NCBI GenBank assembly: GCA_017860575.1
Contig: JAGDMS010000001.1
Span: forward strand, 1 to 62,439
Direction of reading: 5' to 3'
From: Deltaproteobacteria bacterium
GTDB taxonomy: Bacteria > Desulfobacterota > Binatia > HRBIN30
DNA: 62,439 bases
Shown: positions 46,576-56,695 of the stretch, piece by piece
Position numbering within the stretch: the first letter of the stretch is position 1
Layout of the letters: every line of letters begins with the position of its first letter
Notes under the pieces: model-generated
Database searches by the model: none
Told to the model about the DNA's origin: nothing
Seen by the model: only the letters and a program-made list of their open reading frames with translations
Translations under genes and position numbers: made by a program

Positions 46576-48480
46576 GTGACCACACCTTTTCTGACCGATT
46601 TCGACCTGCACCTGATTGCGGAGGGCACGCACTACCGCACCTACAATAAGCTGGGCGCGCACCTGTCCGACCTGGACGGACAGCCGGGTACCCATTTCGC
46701 TGTCTGGGCGCCCAATGCGCGCGAGGCGTCCGTCGTCGGCAGCTTCAACGATTGGAACCCGCGTTTCCATCCCATGACCTTTCGTGCCGACGCCGGGCTC
46801 TGGGAATGCTTCATCCCAGGCGTGGGCCAAGGCGCCCTGTACAAGTATTTCCTGCGCTCCAACTATCACGATTACGAAGCGGAGAAAGCCGATCCGTATG
46901 CCTTTGCCAGCGAGATCCGGCCGGCCAGCGCTTCAAAAGTGTGGAACCTCAACGGCTACGCGTGGGGGGACCAGACGTGGATGGCCACCCGAGGCGGCGC
47001 ACACCGCCTTGATGGCCCGATAGCCATCTACGAGGTTCACCTGGGCTCATGGATGCGGGTTCCCGAAGAAGACAACCGCTGGCTCACCTACCGCGAGGCC
47101 GCGCACAAGCTCGCCGACTATGTCCAGCAGATGGGGTACACCCACGTCGAACTCCTGCCGGTGTGCGAGCATCCGTTCGACGGCTCCTGGGGCTACCAGA
47201 CCATTGGGTACTTTGCGCCCACCAGTCGCTTTGGCAACCCGCATGACTTCATGTTCTTCGTCGACACGCTGCATCAACGCGGCGTTGGCGTGATCATGGA
47301 CTGGGTGCCGGCACACTTTCCGCGTGACGGCCACGGCCTGGGGTTCTTCGACGGCACGCACCTGTACGAGCACGCCGACCCACGCCTGGGTGAGCATCAG
47401 GAGTGGGGCACGTACGTCTTCAACTATGGCCGGCTCGAGGTGCGCAACTTTCTGATCAGCAACGCGCTGTTCTGGTTCGACAAGTATCATCTCGACGGTC
47501 TGCGCGTCGACGCGGTCGCCTCGATGCTCTACCTCGACTACGCCCGCAAGCCCGGTGAATGGATTCCGAACCGCTACGGCGGGAACGAGAACCTCGAGGC
47601 GGTGGATTTCGTCCGCCGCTTCAACGAGCAGGTGTATGCCGAGTATCCCGATGTCATCACCATTGCCGAGGAATCGACCGCGTGGGCAATGGTGTCGCGG
47701 CCGACGTATCTCGGTGGACTCGGCTTTGGCCTGAAGTGGGACATGGGCTGGATGCACGACTCGCTCGAGTACTTCAGCCATGACCCCGTCCATCGCCGGT
47801 TCCATCACAACGACCTGACGTTCCGGATGTTGTATGCCTTCACCGAAAACTTCGTGCTGCCCCTGTCCCACGACGAAGTCGTGCACGGGAAGGGATCTCT
47901 GCTGGGCAAGATGCCGGGGGACGACTGGCAGAAGTTCGCCAACCTGCGTTTGCTGCTGGGCTGCATGACCGCCCAACCGGGCAAGAAGCTCCTGTTCATG
48001 GGGGGCGAGGTCGGGCAGTGGCGGGAATGGAATCACGACGAGAGCGTGGACTGGCATCTCCTCCAGTACCTCCCCCATCAAGGTCTGCAGCACTGGGTGC
48101 GCGACCTCAACTGGCTGTACCGCAACGACCCGGCGATGCACGCGCTCGATTGTGATCCGCGCGGGTTTGAGTGGATCGACTGCAACGATGCCGACGCCAG
48201 CGTGATCAGCTTCCTGCGTCGAGGGCGCAACCCGAGCGAGGTGGTCCTCATCGCCTGCAACTTCACCCCCGTTCCGCGGCCCCAGTACGTGATCGGGGTC
48301 CCGGGGGGCGGGTATTGGGCGGAGATCCTCAACGGCGACGCGGCGCTCTACGGCGGCAGCAATCTGGGCAACGGTGGTGGCGTCGAGGCACAGGAGCGCC
48401 CGGCGCACGGGCGGAGCCACTCGCTTGTCGTGACGCTCCCTCCCCTGGCCATGCTCGTCTTTCGGGCACCGCGCGAGTAG
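46576..48480 (+). CDS. glgB: 1,4-alpha-glucan branching enzyme
   Basis: GTG at 46576 lies 8 nt after [47 protein letters not shown] and [10 protein letters not shown] are GH13 branching-enzyme motifs. Confidence 0.9.
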   Translation: MTTPFLTDFDLHLIAEGTHYRTYNKLGAHLSDLDGQPGTHFAVWAPNAREASVVGSFNDWNPRFHPMTFRADAGLWECFIPGVGQGALYKYFLRSNYHDYEAEKADPYAFASEIRPASASKVWNLNGYAWGDQTWMATRGGAHRLDGPIAIYEVHLGSWMRVPEEDNRWLTYREAAHKLADYVQQMGYTHVELLPVCEHPFDGSWGYQTIGYFAPTSRFGNPHDFMFFVDTLHQRGVGVIMDWVPAHFPRDGHGLGFFDGTHLYEHADPRLGEHQEWGTYVFNYGRLEVRNFLISNALFWFDKYHLDGLRVDAVASMLYLDYARKPGEWIPNRYGGNENLEAVDFVRRFNEQVYAEYPDVITIAEESTAWAMVSRPTYLGGLGFGLKWDMGWMHDSLEYFSHDPVHRRFHHNDLTFRMLYAFTENFVLPLSHDEVVHGKGSLLGKMPGDDWQKFANLRLLLGCMTAQPGKKLLFMGGEVGQWREWNHDESVDWHLLQYLPHQGLQHWVRDLNWLYRNDPAMHALDCDPRGFEWIDCNDADASVISFLRRGRNPSEVVLIACNFTPVPRPQYVIGVPGGGYWAEILNGDAALYGGSNLGNGGGVEAQERPAHGRSHSLVVTLPPLAMLVFRAPRE

Positions 48481-48530
48481 CAATCGGGCCCGCCTGCAGG
48501 CGCGCACCGTGTCAGCGGGCGGGGCGAGCC

Positions 48531-48929
48531 CTACTCTTTCGGCTTGAAATCCAGTGAGGCCGAATTGACGCAGTACCGCAACCCCGTGGGGGCCGGTCCA
48601 TCGTCGAAGACGTGCCCCAGGTGCGCGCCGCACACCGAGCACAAAATTTCCGTCCGCCGCATGAAATGACTGGTGTCGTCCGCCGTGGCGATGTTGTCCG
48701 CATTTGCCGGTGCCGAGAAGCTCGGCCAGCCGGTGCCGGAGTCGAACTTGCTGTCGGAACTGAACAGCTCGGCGCTGCACGCCGCGCAGCGGTACATTCC
48801 CGGAGCATGATTGTTCCAATACCTTCCGGTAAAGGCCGGCTCCGTTCCCTTTTGCCGACAGACGGCGAACTGTTCCGGCGTGAGCGTCTCCTGCCATTCG
48901 GCCTCTGACTTGATCACCTTCGGCTTCAT
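48531..48929 (-). CDS. msrB: Peptide-methionine (R)-S-oxide reductase
   Basis: The ATG at 48929 gives [21 protein letters not shown]. Zinc CxxC pairs (CAAC, CSVC), GWPSF and the catalytic RYCVNS are present. Confidence 0.9.
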   Translation of the reverse strand: MKPKVIKSEAEWQETLTPEQFAVCRQKGTEPAFTGRYWNNHAPGMYRCAACSAELFSSDSKFDSGTGWPSFSAPANADNIATADDTSHFMRRTEILCSVCGAHLGHVFDDGPAPTGLRYCVNSASLDFKPKE

Positions 48930-49121
48930 CGTTGACCCCCAGCTACCTGTGCTTTCCCTGGACCCTTCGCCCCGTGGCAAGGGGAGACGCCGGTGTGGCA
49001 CGCAACCGGCATGCCGCGCCTACGAATCGCGGTGTCCGCAGCACAGGTTCTGCTCCAAACGGTACCGGCAGGCCGTGGAGCAGGCAAGCCCCCGCGAAGG
49101 GGTGCCCTTGGGATTTCCGCG

Positions 49122-50309
49122 TCACGTGCGCTCCGCCGGGTCGAACAGCTTGCGGTGTTCGTCGAGCGCGAACCGGTCGGTCATGCCGGCGATATAGTCG
49201 GCCACGACCCGTGCAAGCGCTTCGCCCTTCTGCCAGCGCGCCGCGATGTGTGGTGGTAGCTGCGCCGGTTCGTCTATGTAGGCATGGAACAGATCGGCCA
49301 TGACCTTCTGCGCCTTCACCCCCATGCGCATGACGCGATAATGGCGGTAGAGGTTGTGCATCAAAAACGCTTTCAGTTCGAGCCGCATCTCCTCGGTCCG
49401 CGGACTGAACCCGACAATCGGCCGGCCGCTGTCGCGCAGGTCATCAACATTCTCGATTTCCCACTCGCGCAAGCGGGTGGAGACCGTCTGGATCAGGTCG
49501 GTAACCAGGGTATCGATCAGTGTCCGCTGCACCTGGTAGCGCCAGATCCGAAAGCCGGCGGTCGGGTACTGCGCCGACACCGCACCAAAGATCGCGCGCC
49601 ACAGGCTCACCCCGTGGAGTTGTTCCGACGTCAGGAGGCCCGATTTCAGCCCATCATCGATATCGTGGGTGTTGTACGCGATCTCATCCGCAAGGTCGAC
49701 GATCTGCGCTTCAAGGCACGGCGCTCGGCCGGGCTCGAAGGCCTGTGCCAGTGGGCGGTCGTACGGCGGGGAGTGCTTGGCGATGCCCTCGCGGACTTCC
49801 CACGACAGATTGAGTCCGGCGAATGCTGGGTAGCGCTCCTCCAGGAGATCTACGATCCGCAGACTCTGCTGGTTGTGTTCGAAGCCGCCGTGGTCCGCCA
49901 TCAACTGGTGCAAGATTCGCTCCCCGGCATGGCCGAACGGCGTATGTCCCAGGTCGTGCGACAACGCCACCGCCTCGGCGAGGTCCTCGTTGAGCCGCAA
50001 CGCGCGCGCGATGGTCCGCGTGATCTGCGCCGTTTCCATGGTGTGCGTCAGACGGGTGCGGTAGTAGTCCCCTTCGTGGTTCACGAACACCTGGGTCTTG
50101 TACTCTAGTCGCCGAAATGCGGTCGAGTGAATGATGCGGTCGCGATCGCGCTGGAACGCCATCCGGAAGCCATGTTCCGTTTCCGCGTGCGCGCGGCCCC
50201 GGCTATCCCGGCTCTGCATCGCATACGGTGCCAGCGTCGCCTCTTCCAGCATCTCGAACGCTTTTCGGTCCATGGGACGACTATATTCGGCGCCGGCGGA
50301 GCGGTGCAA
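49122..50309 (-). CDS. dgt: dGTP triphosphohydrolase-like HD-domain protein
   Basis: FQRDRDRIIHSTAFRRLEYKTQVF, RLTHTMETAQI and HDLGHTPFGH are present. The start is TTG 50309 or ATG 50273. Confidence 0.85.
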   Translation of the reverse strand: MHRSAGAEYSRPMDRKAFEMLEEATLAPYAMQSRDSRGRAHAETEHGFRMAFQRDRDRIIHSTAFRRLEYKTQVFVNHEGDYYRTRLTHTMETAQITRTIARALRLNEDLAEAVALSHDLGHTPFGHAGERILHQLMADHGGFEHNQQSLRIVDLLEERYPAFAGLNLSWEVREGIAKHSPPYDRPLAQAFEPGRAPCLEAQIVDLADEIAYNTHDIDDGLKSGLLTSEQLHGVSLWRAIFGAVSAQYPTAGFRIWRYQVQRTLIDTLVTDLIQTVSTRLREWEIENVDDLRDSGRPIVGFSPRTEEMRLELKAFLMHNLYRHYRVMRMGVKAQKVMADLFHAYIDEPAQLPPHIAARWQKGEALARVVADYIAGMTDRFALDEHRKLFDPAERT

Positions 50310-50466
50310 CCGTCGGCTGTCGCCGGATCGCCAAACGCATTCCGAGCGACCGCTCGTGCAGTCACGACGCGCGCCCTCGCAAGCGGGGCGGGCAGCATCT
50401 CAGCACACCGTGTGCGTTGCGCCCTTGCTCAACGGTCTTGTGCCGCGTAGAAGGTGCGGGGCTGCG

Positions 50467-51390
50467 ATGGAAGCTGTACAGACGGTTGTTGCGGTAACCG
50501 ACTCGCCCGCGATGCGGGAGACGCTGAGCGTGCTCCTCGAGCACGATTGTGAGCTTCAGTTTCTGGATCCTGCTTGCCTCAGCCCGATCTTGGGCGACTG
50601 TGCCGATCTCGCGTTGGTCGCCGTGCAGCCGCCGGGAGCGATAATGAACAACTTGAAGCGGCGCTGGCCGGCACTTCCCGTGGTCGCGGTGCACCCCGGC
50701 GCGTCCTGTCCGGTCAGCCTACCGGGAATCACCAGTGTCCCACTCGAGCCGCTGGCGATCCGCAATGCCGTACGGGAGGGGCTGCGGGTCGATGCCGCCG
50801 GCGCGTTGCGCAAAGCGGCACGGCTTGTCGCCACCACTTTGCGGGCAGAACTGACGTATGCCTTTGCCGCCCTGCGGGCCCTTGCGCCCCTCGATGCGGG
50901 CACAGTCGGCAACGAGAGCTACGCGCTCTTCGCCGTCATCATCCACGAGCAGCTTTGCGTTATTACGAGCGTGATCGAGCAGCTCGAGCGTTACCAGGCC
51001 CGCCCCCGTGCGGTGGCCTGCGCTCCGCGGTTCACACTCGCGCTCCTGTCCGCGTTGGCACGCAGTGACACAGCCGCTCGCACCCGGGGCCTGCTCTGCC
51101 ACGTCGCAAGCGACACACCGGCCCTGCCAGCCACCGGACCCGTTGGGCTCGCCCCCTTGATTGCGGAACTCTTACGCTGCCACTTGCGTCGTCGGTCCGG
51201 TCCGGATGGCGCCACCGTCCGGCACACGGGGGGCGGCATTACGCTCCGGTACCGCCCACAGCCGCCGCAAGCCTCCCCGGGCGGTTCCTGGCCCCTACTG
51301 CTTATCTCGCTTCTGCTTCAGCGTTGGTCTTGGCGTGCGGGTATGGTCCGCGACGGCCAAGATGAGACCATCGCCATCCGTCGAGCCTGA
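50467..51390 (+). CDS. Hypothetical: degenerate receiver-like N-terminus + degenerate histidine-kinase-like C-terminus
   Basis: In-frame ATG at 50467. VVAVTDSPAMRETLSVLLEH...ADLALVAV...PVVAV...VPLEPLAIRNAV follows receiver-domain topology without the acidic pocket or phospho-Asp. IIHEQLCVITSVIEQLE and LAPLIAELLRCHL...GGGITLRY are reminiscent of DHp/HATPase segments. Confidence 0.5.
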   Translation: MEAVQTVVAVTDSPAMRETLSVLLEHDCELQFLDPACLSPILGDCADLALVAVQPPGAIMNNLKRRWPALPVVAVHPGASCPVSLPGITSVPLEPLAIRNAVREGLRVDAAGALRKAARLVATTLRAELTYAFAALRALAPLDAGTVGNESYALFAVIIHEQLCVITSVIEQLERYQARPRAVACAPRFTLALLSALARSDTAARTRGLLCHVASDTPALPATGPVGLAPLIAELLRCHLRRRSGPDGATVRHTGGGITLRYRPQPPQASPGGSWPLLLISLLLQRWSWRAGMVRDGQDETIAIRRA

Positions 51391-51411
51391 CCACCGCTGT
51401 GGAGGAAACCC

Positions 51412-51984
51412 GTGCCAGACGTCTGGACCTGCTTAATCGTCGCGACGCTTCCCGCGGTGGCAGTTGAACTCCTCGTACTGAGCCGTGCCCGGCGCGCCTG
51501 GATGTCCCGCAGTGCGCATGGCGCGTTTGCGGGTGTTCACGAATACGAAGCCGGCGACCGAACTGCGCCGACGGTTCCGGGAGTCGGGCCGGCACATGAG
51601 CATTGGTTCATCGGCACTCCCCCCGCCGAGTCGGCTTGGCGCGGCACCGCCGACGCCGTTCTTTGCTTCGATCCGAGCGGGCGGTGCACGGCGGCGAATG
51701 CGGCTGGACGGCGACTGCTACCACGGCCGGATGGAGAGAATTCGCTGACGCAGCTGCTCTCCGGGGGGGAGCCAGCGGCCGCCCGTCTGTTGGCAACCCT
51801 GGCGACTGAAGGGGTGCTGGAACGAAACGAGCTTATTGTCTCCGAAGCCGCATCCCCACACATGCACCTGAGGGCACTGGCCCTGCGGGATCGTGACAGT
51901 AACTTCTGGGGCGCGGCGCTGTTTCTCCGGCGTACGGCGGCGGTCACCCCGGAGCAATCGGCGGCGGATCTTTCACCCCGCTGA
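51412..51984 (+). CDS. Hypothetical TM + PAS-like protein
   Basis: GTG at 51412 lies 5-6 nt after GGAGGA. N-terminal TM (CLIVATLPAVAVELLVL), and AVLCFDPSGRCTAANAAGRRLL resembles a PAS core. Confidence 0.5.
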   Translation: MPDVWTCLIVATLPAVAVELLVLSRARRAWMSRSAHGAFAGVHEYEAGDRTAPTVPGVGPAHEHWFIGTPPAESAWRGTADAVLCFDPSGRCTAANAAGRRLLPRPDGENSLTQLLSGGEPAAARLLATLATEGVLERNELIVSEAASPHMHLRALALRDRDSNFWGAALFLRRTAAVTPEQSAADLSPR

Positions 51985-52149
51985 CCTCGCGGCGGCCGCT
52001 AGCCGCGTAGAGACGCGGGCCTCCATACGCCACCACACCGGCAGCGGCGCGCCACAGGCGTGCGGGACCTGGAACCTTGCAAAGCAGCGGAAACGTTTGC
52101 GGCCCCGCCACCTTTATGCTTGGTTTGGACGTCTGGTGGAAATTTGCCT

Positions 52150-52647
52150 ATGTTGAGACTGCGTTTCCTTCCCGGACTCATCCTCGGACTGGTCCTCGGC
52201 CTCCCCGCCGGAGTGCTGATCGGCATGCTGACGCTTTCCCCTCGCGGGACGTCGGACCCCACGGCCACGTCGTTGCATGTCCAGGAACTCACGCGCAAAC
52301 TCGATGCCGCCAACGAAGCCAAGGAGCGCGCTGAGCGGCAATTCGAGCAGTTCCAGAAACTCGCCGAGCAAATGACGGCCTCGTTTAATGAGCTCGAGCG
52401 ACGCTTCAAGGCGCTGGAGGAGGAGCAACGGCGACGCGAGTCCCAGGGCGCGCAAACATCGCAGCGACCCGCTGCCGGTGCGGCCCAGGGCACGAACGCC
52501 GTTCCATCGAAGGCGGTTGGCGGGCAACCCGCATCCGAAGCACCGGCGCCGAAGGACCCTGTGGAGGCGGGCAAAGCGGAGCAGTCCGGAACAGACGGGT
52601 CAACATCGGCGCCCGACCCCACGCCGTCGCCCGCCCCGTCGCAGTAG
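52150..52647 (+). CDS. Hypothetical membrane-anchored coiled-coil protein with Pro/Ala/Ser-rich tail
   Basis: The ATG at 52150 gives MLRLRFLPGLILGLVLGLPAGVLIGML (TM), then heptad-like ELTRKLDAANEAKERAERQFEQFQKLAEQM...ALEEEQRRRE, then a low-complexity tail. Confidence 0.5.
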   Translation: MLRLRFLPGLILGLVLGLPAGVLIGMLTLSPRGTSDPTATSLHVQELTRKLDAANEAKERAERQFEQFQKLAEQMTASFNELERRFKALEEEQRRRESQGAQTSQRPAAGAAQGTNAVPSKAVGGQPASEAPAPKDPVEAGKAEQSGTDGSTSAPDPTPSPAPSQ

Positions 52648-52716
52648 TTGTTCACGACTCGCGCGCTACCCTGCTCGTCCGGAACTTCGTAGCACTGCGC
52701 AAGGACTCTGGATAGG

Positions 52717-52744
52717 GACTTTGGACTTTGGACCTTTGACTTTG
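52717..52744. repeat. Tandem heptamer array GACTTTG x4 (one variant GACCTTT)
   Basis: gactttg gactttg gaccttt gactttg at 52717-52744, with a degenerate ggactctg at 52703-52710. It lies ~75 nt upstream of the MFS start. Confidence 0.6.
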
Positions 52745-52819
52745 GGTTGCGGGCGACGCCCGCGCTGAGGTGCCGCAGCCATTTCGCCGCCGCAGCGTGT
52801 GTGGAGGTCTTCAAGCAAG

Positions 52820-54037
52820 ATGCCCGCCGTTTTTCGTGCCTTCGAGTCGCGCAATTATGCGCTCTACTGGACCGGTGCCTTCCTCTCCAATGTGGGCTCC
52901 TGGATGCAGAATGTCGCACTCGGCTGGCTGGTGCTGCAATTGACCAATTCGGCGTTCTGGGTCGGGTTTGTGAGCTTCGCGGGCTTGTTCCCGTCGCTCT
53001 TTCTCTCCCTCTTCGGCGGCGTGCTTGCCGACCGCATGGATCGCCGGATCGTCTTGCTGGTGACACAGACGGCGCTGATGCTGTCGGCCGCAGTGTTGGC
53101 GACACTCACCGCCGTCCACCTCATCAGCGTGCCGCTGATTGTTCTCCTGTCGCTTTCCAGCGGTTTCGCCGCCGCCCTGAATACCCCCGCCCAGCAGGCT
53201 ATCGTCTCCGACCTCGTCCCGACCGAGGTTCTTCTCAACGCGATCTCCCTGAACTCGGTGCAGTTCAACCTGGCGCGGGTCGTTGGGCCGGCCTGCGCCG
53301 GTGCCTTGATCGCCTGGCTGAACGTGGCGGCCTGCTTCTATCTGAACGCCCTCAGCTTTGTGGCACTGATTGTGGCGCTGATGATCATCCGCATCGCCCC
53401 CCAGCGACGGTTACCAACACACTCCTTCTGGCGACATCTCGGCGAGGGCTTCAAGTACGTGCAGACACAGCCGCTGATGCGCATGATCTTGGCGGTCAGC
53501 GCAGTGCTCAGCCTTTTCTGTCTACCCTACGCCGTGCTCTTGCCGGTGTATGCGCGCGACATCTTACACGTCGGGGCAGCAGGTCTAGGATACTTGACGG
53601 CGAGCGCAGGCTTCGGTGCGGTGCTTGGCGGACTGGGGCTCGCGGCCCTGGGGAACGTCCGCGACAAGACGCGCTGGGCGCTGCGTGCCGGCCTACTGTT
53701 TTCCCTGGCGGTAGTCACCTTCGCGGTATCACGAACTCTCTACCTGTCCGTGGCCATGCTCGCAGTTGCCGGTGGCAGCATGGTGGCCTGCCTGGCCAGT
53801 TTCAACACGCAGCTACAGATGACTGTCGACCCGGCCATGCGGGGGCGCATGCTGAGCATGTATTTGCTGACGGTGGTTGGTTTGGGACCGATTGGCAGCT
53901 TGCAGGTTGGAACGCTGGCGCATTTCATCGGCACACCGTTGGCCGTCGCTCTCGGGGGCGCGGTGTCGTTCGTGTTCCTGTCCGCAACGGCGCTGCGGTT
54001 CGCGGAAGGACGGCCCGCCGCCGGCGCCGCGGACTAG
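52820..54037 (+). CDS. MFS transporter (EntS/MFS_3-like)
   Basis: The ATG at 52820 gives MPAVFRAFESRNYALYWTGAFLSNVGSWMQ..., the typical N-terminus of this MFS subfamily. GGVLADRMDRR lies in loop 2-3, and there are ~12 TM segments. Confidence 0.85.
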   Translation: MPAVFRAFESRNYALYWTGAFLSNVGSWMQNVALGWLVLQLTNSAFWVGFVSFAGLFPSLFLSLFGGVLADRMDRRIVLLVTQTALMLSAAVLATLTAVHLISVPLIVLLSLSSGFAAALNTPAQQAIVSDLVPTEVLLNAISLNSVQFNLARVVGPACAGALIAWLNVAACFYLNALSFVALIVALMIIRIAPQRRLPTHSFWRHLGEGFKYVQTQPLMRMILAVSAVLSLFCLPYAVLLPVYARDILHVGAAGLGYLTASAGFGAVLGGLGLAALGNVRDKTRWALRAGLLFSLAVVTFAVSRTLYLSVAMLAVAGGSMVACLASFNTQLQMTVDPAMRGRMLSMYLLTVVGLGPIGSLQVGTLAHFIGTPLAVALGGAVSFVFLSATALRFAEGRPAAGAAD

Positions 54038-54074
54038 CGCGGCTGTGGCAAAACCTACGGGGCAACGGCCGTCA

Positions 54075-54136
54075 GACGGGCAGACAAGAGATCCGACTCC
54101 AGCGGCAACAACGGCTTGTGCCTGTTGTCTGTCGTC
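54075..54136. terminator. Imperfect long hairpin between convergent genes
   Basis: GACGGGCAGACAA (54075-87) pairs with TTGTCTGTCGTC (54125-36) with one bulge, and GGCAGACAAG/CTTGTGCC is nested inside. No U-tract. Confidence 0.25.
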
Positions 54137-54171
54137 AGCAGGGCTGGTGTCCGGGAGTTTGAAGAGAAGCG

Positions 54172-56130
54172 CTAGATCGTACGCCCGACGTTTGACCCTT
54201 CGGCAATCGCCTCCAGTGCCCGGCGTGCCCGCTTCGCATCGCCAACGACGTACACCTCCGGCACCTTCGTACTGATCTTGTCACGCAAGTGCTCAACGGA
54301 TTTCGTTCCGCACGCCAGGACGATGTGGTCCATCCCGCTGAGGGTTTCGTCCCGTCCCTCGTGTGACATGACGACACCGTCGTCGGTGATCTGCTGCACC
54401 GTGGCGGAGGTGATGGTGACGACACCCTTGTCGCGCAGCCGTTGCATCAGCACCATGCGCGCCGCGGGCGGCTCGTCCTGCGCGATCTCGGGGAGCATTT
54501 CCACGATGGTGACCTTGTTGTTGGCGTCCATCGGATTATCCCCGGGGCCGGCGATGGCATCGGCCACCTCACAGGCTACGCTGCCGCCACCGATGACGAG
54601 CACTTTTGCGTGCACCGGGGTGACCCGCCCTTGCAAGACGTCCGAACTGTGTACCACCTTGGCCTTGTCGACGCCGGGAATCGGGGGTACCACACACTCG
54701 CCGCCAGTGGCCACCACCACCGCATCGGGCTTCATTTCTTCGATGAACTCCGGTGTCACCTCGGTATTGAACTGGAAATGGACGCCGGCCTTCTGCGCTT
54801 GCCGCGCGAGGTATTGGATCCATACCGTGATTTCTTGCTTCGCCGGAGCGATGACCGCGAGGTTGAGCTGTCCGCCCAGTTTTGCGGACTTCTCGCACAG
54901 GGTTACGTCGTGTCCCCGGGCCGCGGCCAGCCGCGCCGCTTCCAACCCGCCCGGACCGCCTCCCACGACCAGCACCCGCTTGCGTGTCGCCGCCGGGGTC
55001 AGTTCGGTCTCCTTTTCCCGGCCCAACATCGGGTTGACGACGCAGGTCATGGGCCGCATTTTTGTCTGCTCCCCGATGCACCCAAGGCTGCAAGCCGTGC
55101 ACGGTGCGATGTCATCGAAGCGTCCGGCCTTGGCCTTGTTGGGCAATTCCGGATCCGCCAGCAGCGCCCGACCCATCACGGTGACGTCCGCGCTGCCCTT
55201 CTGCAGGATGTCCTCCGCAATCAGCGCGTTGTTGATCCGGCCCACCACCATGACCGGCACACTGACAACCTGCTTGATGGCCGCGGCCGCCGGCACATTG
55301 AGGCCCAGCGGGGTCCCGGTCGGCGGCATGATGCGCCAGGTCATCTCGGGCTGGACGCCGCCGGAGACCTCGAACGCATCGACTCCGGCTTCCACGAGCT
55401 TCGGTGCGATATAGAGTGTGTCGCCGAGGGTCCGTCCCCCATAGACATACTCGTCGCCGGAGATCCGCAGGATCACCGGAAAATCCCGGCCCGCCCGTGC
55501 CTTGATGCTCGCCAACACTTCGGTGACGAAGCGCAGCCGTCCGTCGGCACGGCCGCCATACTCATCGGTCCGCTTGTTGCGCAGCGGCGACAAGAACGAG
55601 CCGGCCAGCATGTAGCTGTGCGCCGCGTGCAACTCGATACCGTCGCAGCCCGCTTCTCGCGCCCGCCGCGCCGCCTCGCCGTATTGCACGACGATCTCCT
55701 GGATCTCATCGACCGTCAGTTCGCGGCACACCTGCCCGGTCCCCTTGCACAGACAGGGCGACGGCCCCACCGGCTGAATGCCCTTGAGGAAAGAGAAGGA
55801 CTCCGGCCCTGGATGACTGATCTGTGGCGCGATCTTCGCCCCGTGGCGGTGCACCGCATCCACCAGCCGCTTGAAGCTCGGAATCAGAGTATCGTCCCAC
55901 AGCCCGACGCTTTGCATGATGTAGGGAAAGCGTTCGTCAATGACGACGGTCTCGAAGATGAGGAGGCCCACGCCACCCTTGGCCCTGGCCTCCATGTAGT
56001 CAATCATCTTGTCGGGGACAGTACCGTCTGCTGGTGCCCACCCGGTCGTCATCGGCGCCATCGCGATGCGGTTCCTCAGTTCCATGCTACCGATGCTGAT
56101 CGGGCTGAACAGTTTCTCCAGGGGTTTCAT
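54172..56130 (-). CDS. OYE-like FMN + [4Fe-4S] + FAD/NAD(P) oxidoreductase, second paralogue
   Basis: The ATG at 56130 follows AGGAGA: MKPLEKLFSPISIGSMELRNRIAMAPM. ELHAAHSYMLAGF, CTACSLGCIG and VVGGGPGGLEAA are present. Confidence 0.9.
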   Translation of the reverse strand: MKPLEKLFSPISIGSMELRNRIAMAPMTTGWAPADGTVPDKMIDYMEARAKGGVGLLIFETVVIDERFPYIMQSVGLWDDTLIPSFKRLVDAVHRHGAKIAPQISHPGPESFSFLKGIQPVGPSPCLCKGTGQVCRELTVDEIQEIVVQYGEAARRAREAGCDGIELHAAHSYMLAGSFLSPLRNKRTDEYGGRADGRLRFVTEVLASIKARAGRDFPVILRISGDEYVYGGRTLGDTLYIAPKLVEAGVDAFEVSGGVQPEMTWRIMPPTGTPLGLNVPAAAAIKQVVSVPVMVVGRINNALIAEDILQKGSADVTVMGRALLADPELPNKAKAGRFDDIAPCTACSLGCIGEQTKMRPMTCVVNPMLGREKETELTPAATRKRVLVVGGGPGGLEAARLAAARGHDVTLCEKSAKLGGQLNLAVIAPAKQEITVWIQYLARQAQKAGVHFQFNTEVTPEFIEEMKPDAVVVATGGECVVPPIPGVDKAKVVHSSDVLQGRVTPVHAKVLVIGGGSVACEVADAIAGPGDNPMDANNKVTIVEMLPEIAQDEPPAARMVLMQRLRDKGVVTITSATVQQITDDGVVMSHEGRDETLSGMDHIVLACGTKSVEHLRDKISTKVPEVYVVGDAKRARRALEAIAEGSNVGRTI

Positions 56131-56208
56131 CTCGGTTCTCCTGTGAACGCCACTAGGCGCATAGGGGCCTCCCCACACGATTCGTCGTGGCGCCCCACTC
56201 GCTCATGA

Positions 56209-56646
56209 TTAGGCTCCGGCCGCTTGCCTTCCCGGGCTAACGTCGACCCGCAGCCGTGTCAGCTTGATGCTCTGGAACCGCCATGCCCCGCCTTGCTTGA
56301 TGTATTCCTCTTGGTAGTGGCCGTACCCGTGCAGGGTGAACTCGGGTAGCTCCACATAGTCGTACATGGCCCAGATGCCGGTGGCGGTTGTGGGGCTGGT
56401 CAACTCGATCTCCGGCGTGTGACCGTGGTGTACCGTGATGGCATTGACGAGCGCATCACTGGTTCGGCTGACGAAATCGGCGCGCCCCTGGTAGCGGATT
56501 TCGGGATGTGGGCCGTGGTAGATTCCCGTGAAGTCCTCGGCGAACAATTGGCCCCACTCATCCCAGCGCTTCAGGTCCATGAGGCGAAAGTATCGCGCCT
56601 TCAACTGCTTGATCTCCTCAATATCCGTAAGCTGGTCTTGGGTCAT
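56209..56646 (-). CDS. NTF2-fold protein (SnoaL_4-like), second copy next to an OYE reductase
   Basis: EEIKQLKARYFRLMDLKRWDEWGQLFAEDF...YQEEYIKQGGAWRFQSIKLTR. Confidence 0.75.
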   Translation of the reverse strand: MTQDQLTDIEEIKQLKARYFRLMDLKRWDEWGQLFAEDFTGIYHGPHPEIRYQGRADFVSRTSDALVNAITVHHGHTPEIELTSPTTATGIWAMYDYVELPEFTLHGYGHYQEEYIKQGGAWRFQSIKLTRLRVDVSPGRQAAGA

Positions 56647-56695
56647 AGACTGCTCTCCTAGCTTGGGCGCGCGTGTTCACCACCGCTTGCCGAGA

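Noticed and set aside
47047-48897. 616-aa minus-strand ORF
   Set aside because: It is antisense to glgB and overlaps msrB in the wrong frame.
49122-50309. dGTPase as an anti-phage nucleotide-depletion defence gene
   Set aside because: It looks like the ordinary chromosomal Dgt-like HD enzyme next to msrB. There are no mobile-element or defence-island neighbours. It cannot be excluded without phylogeny.
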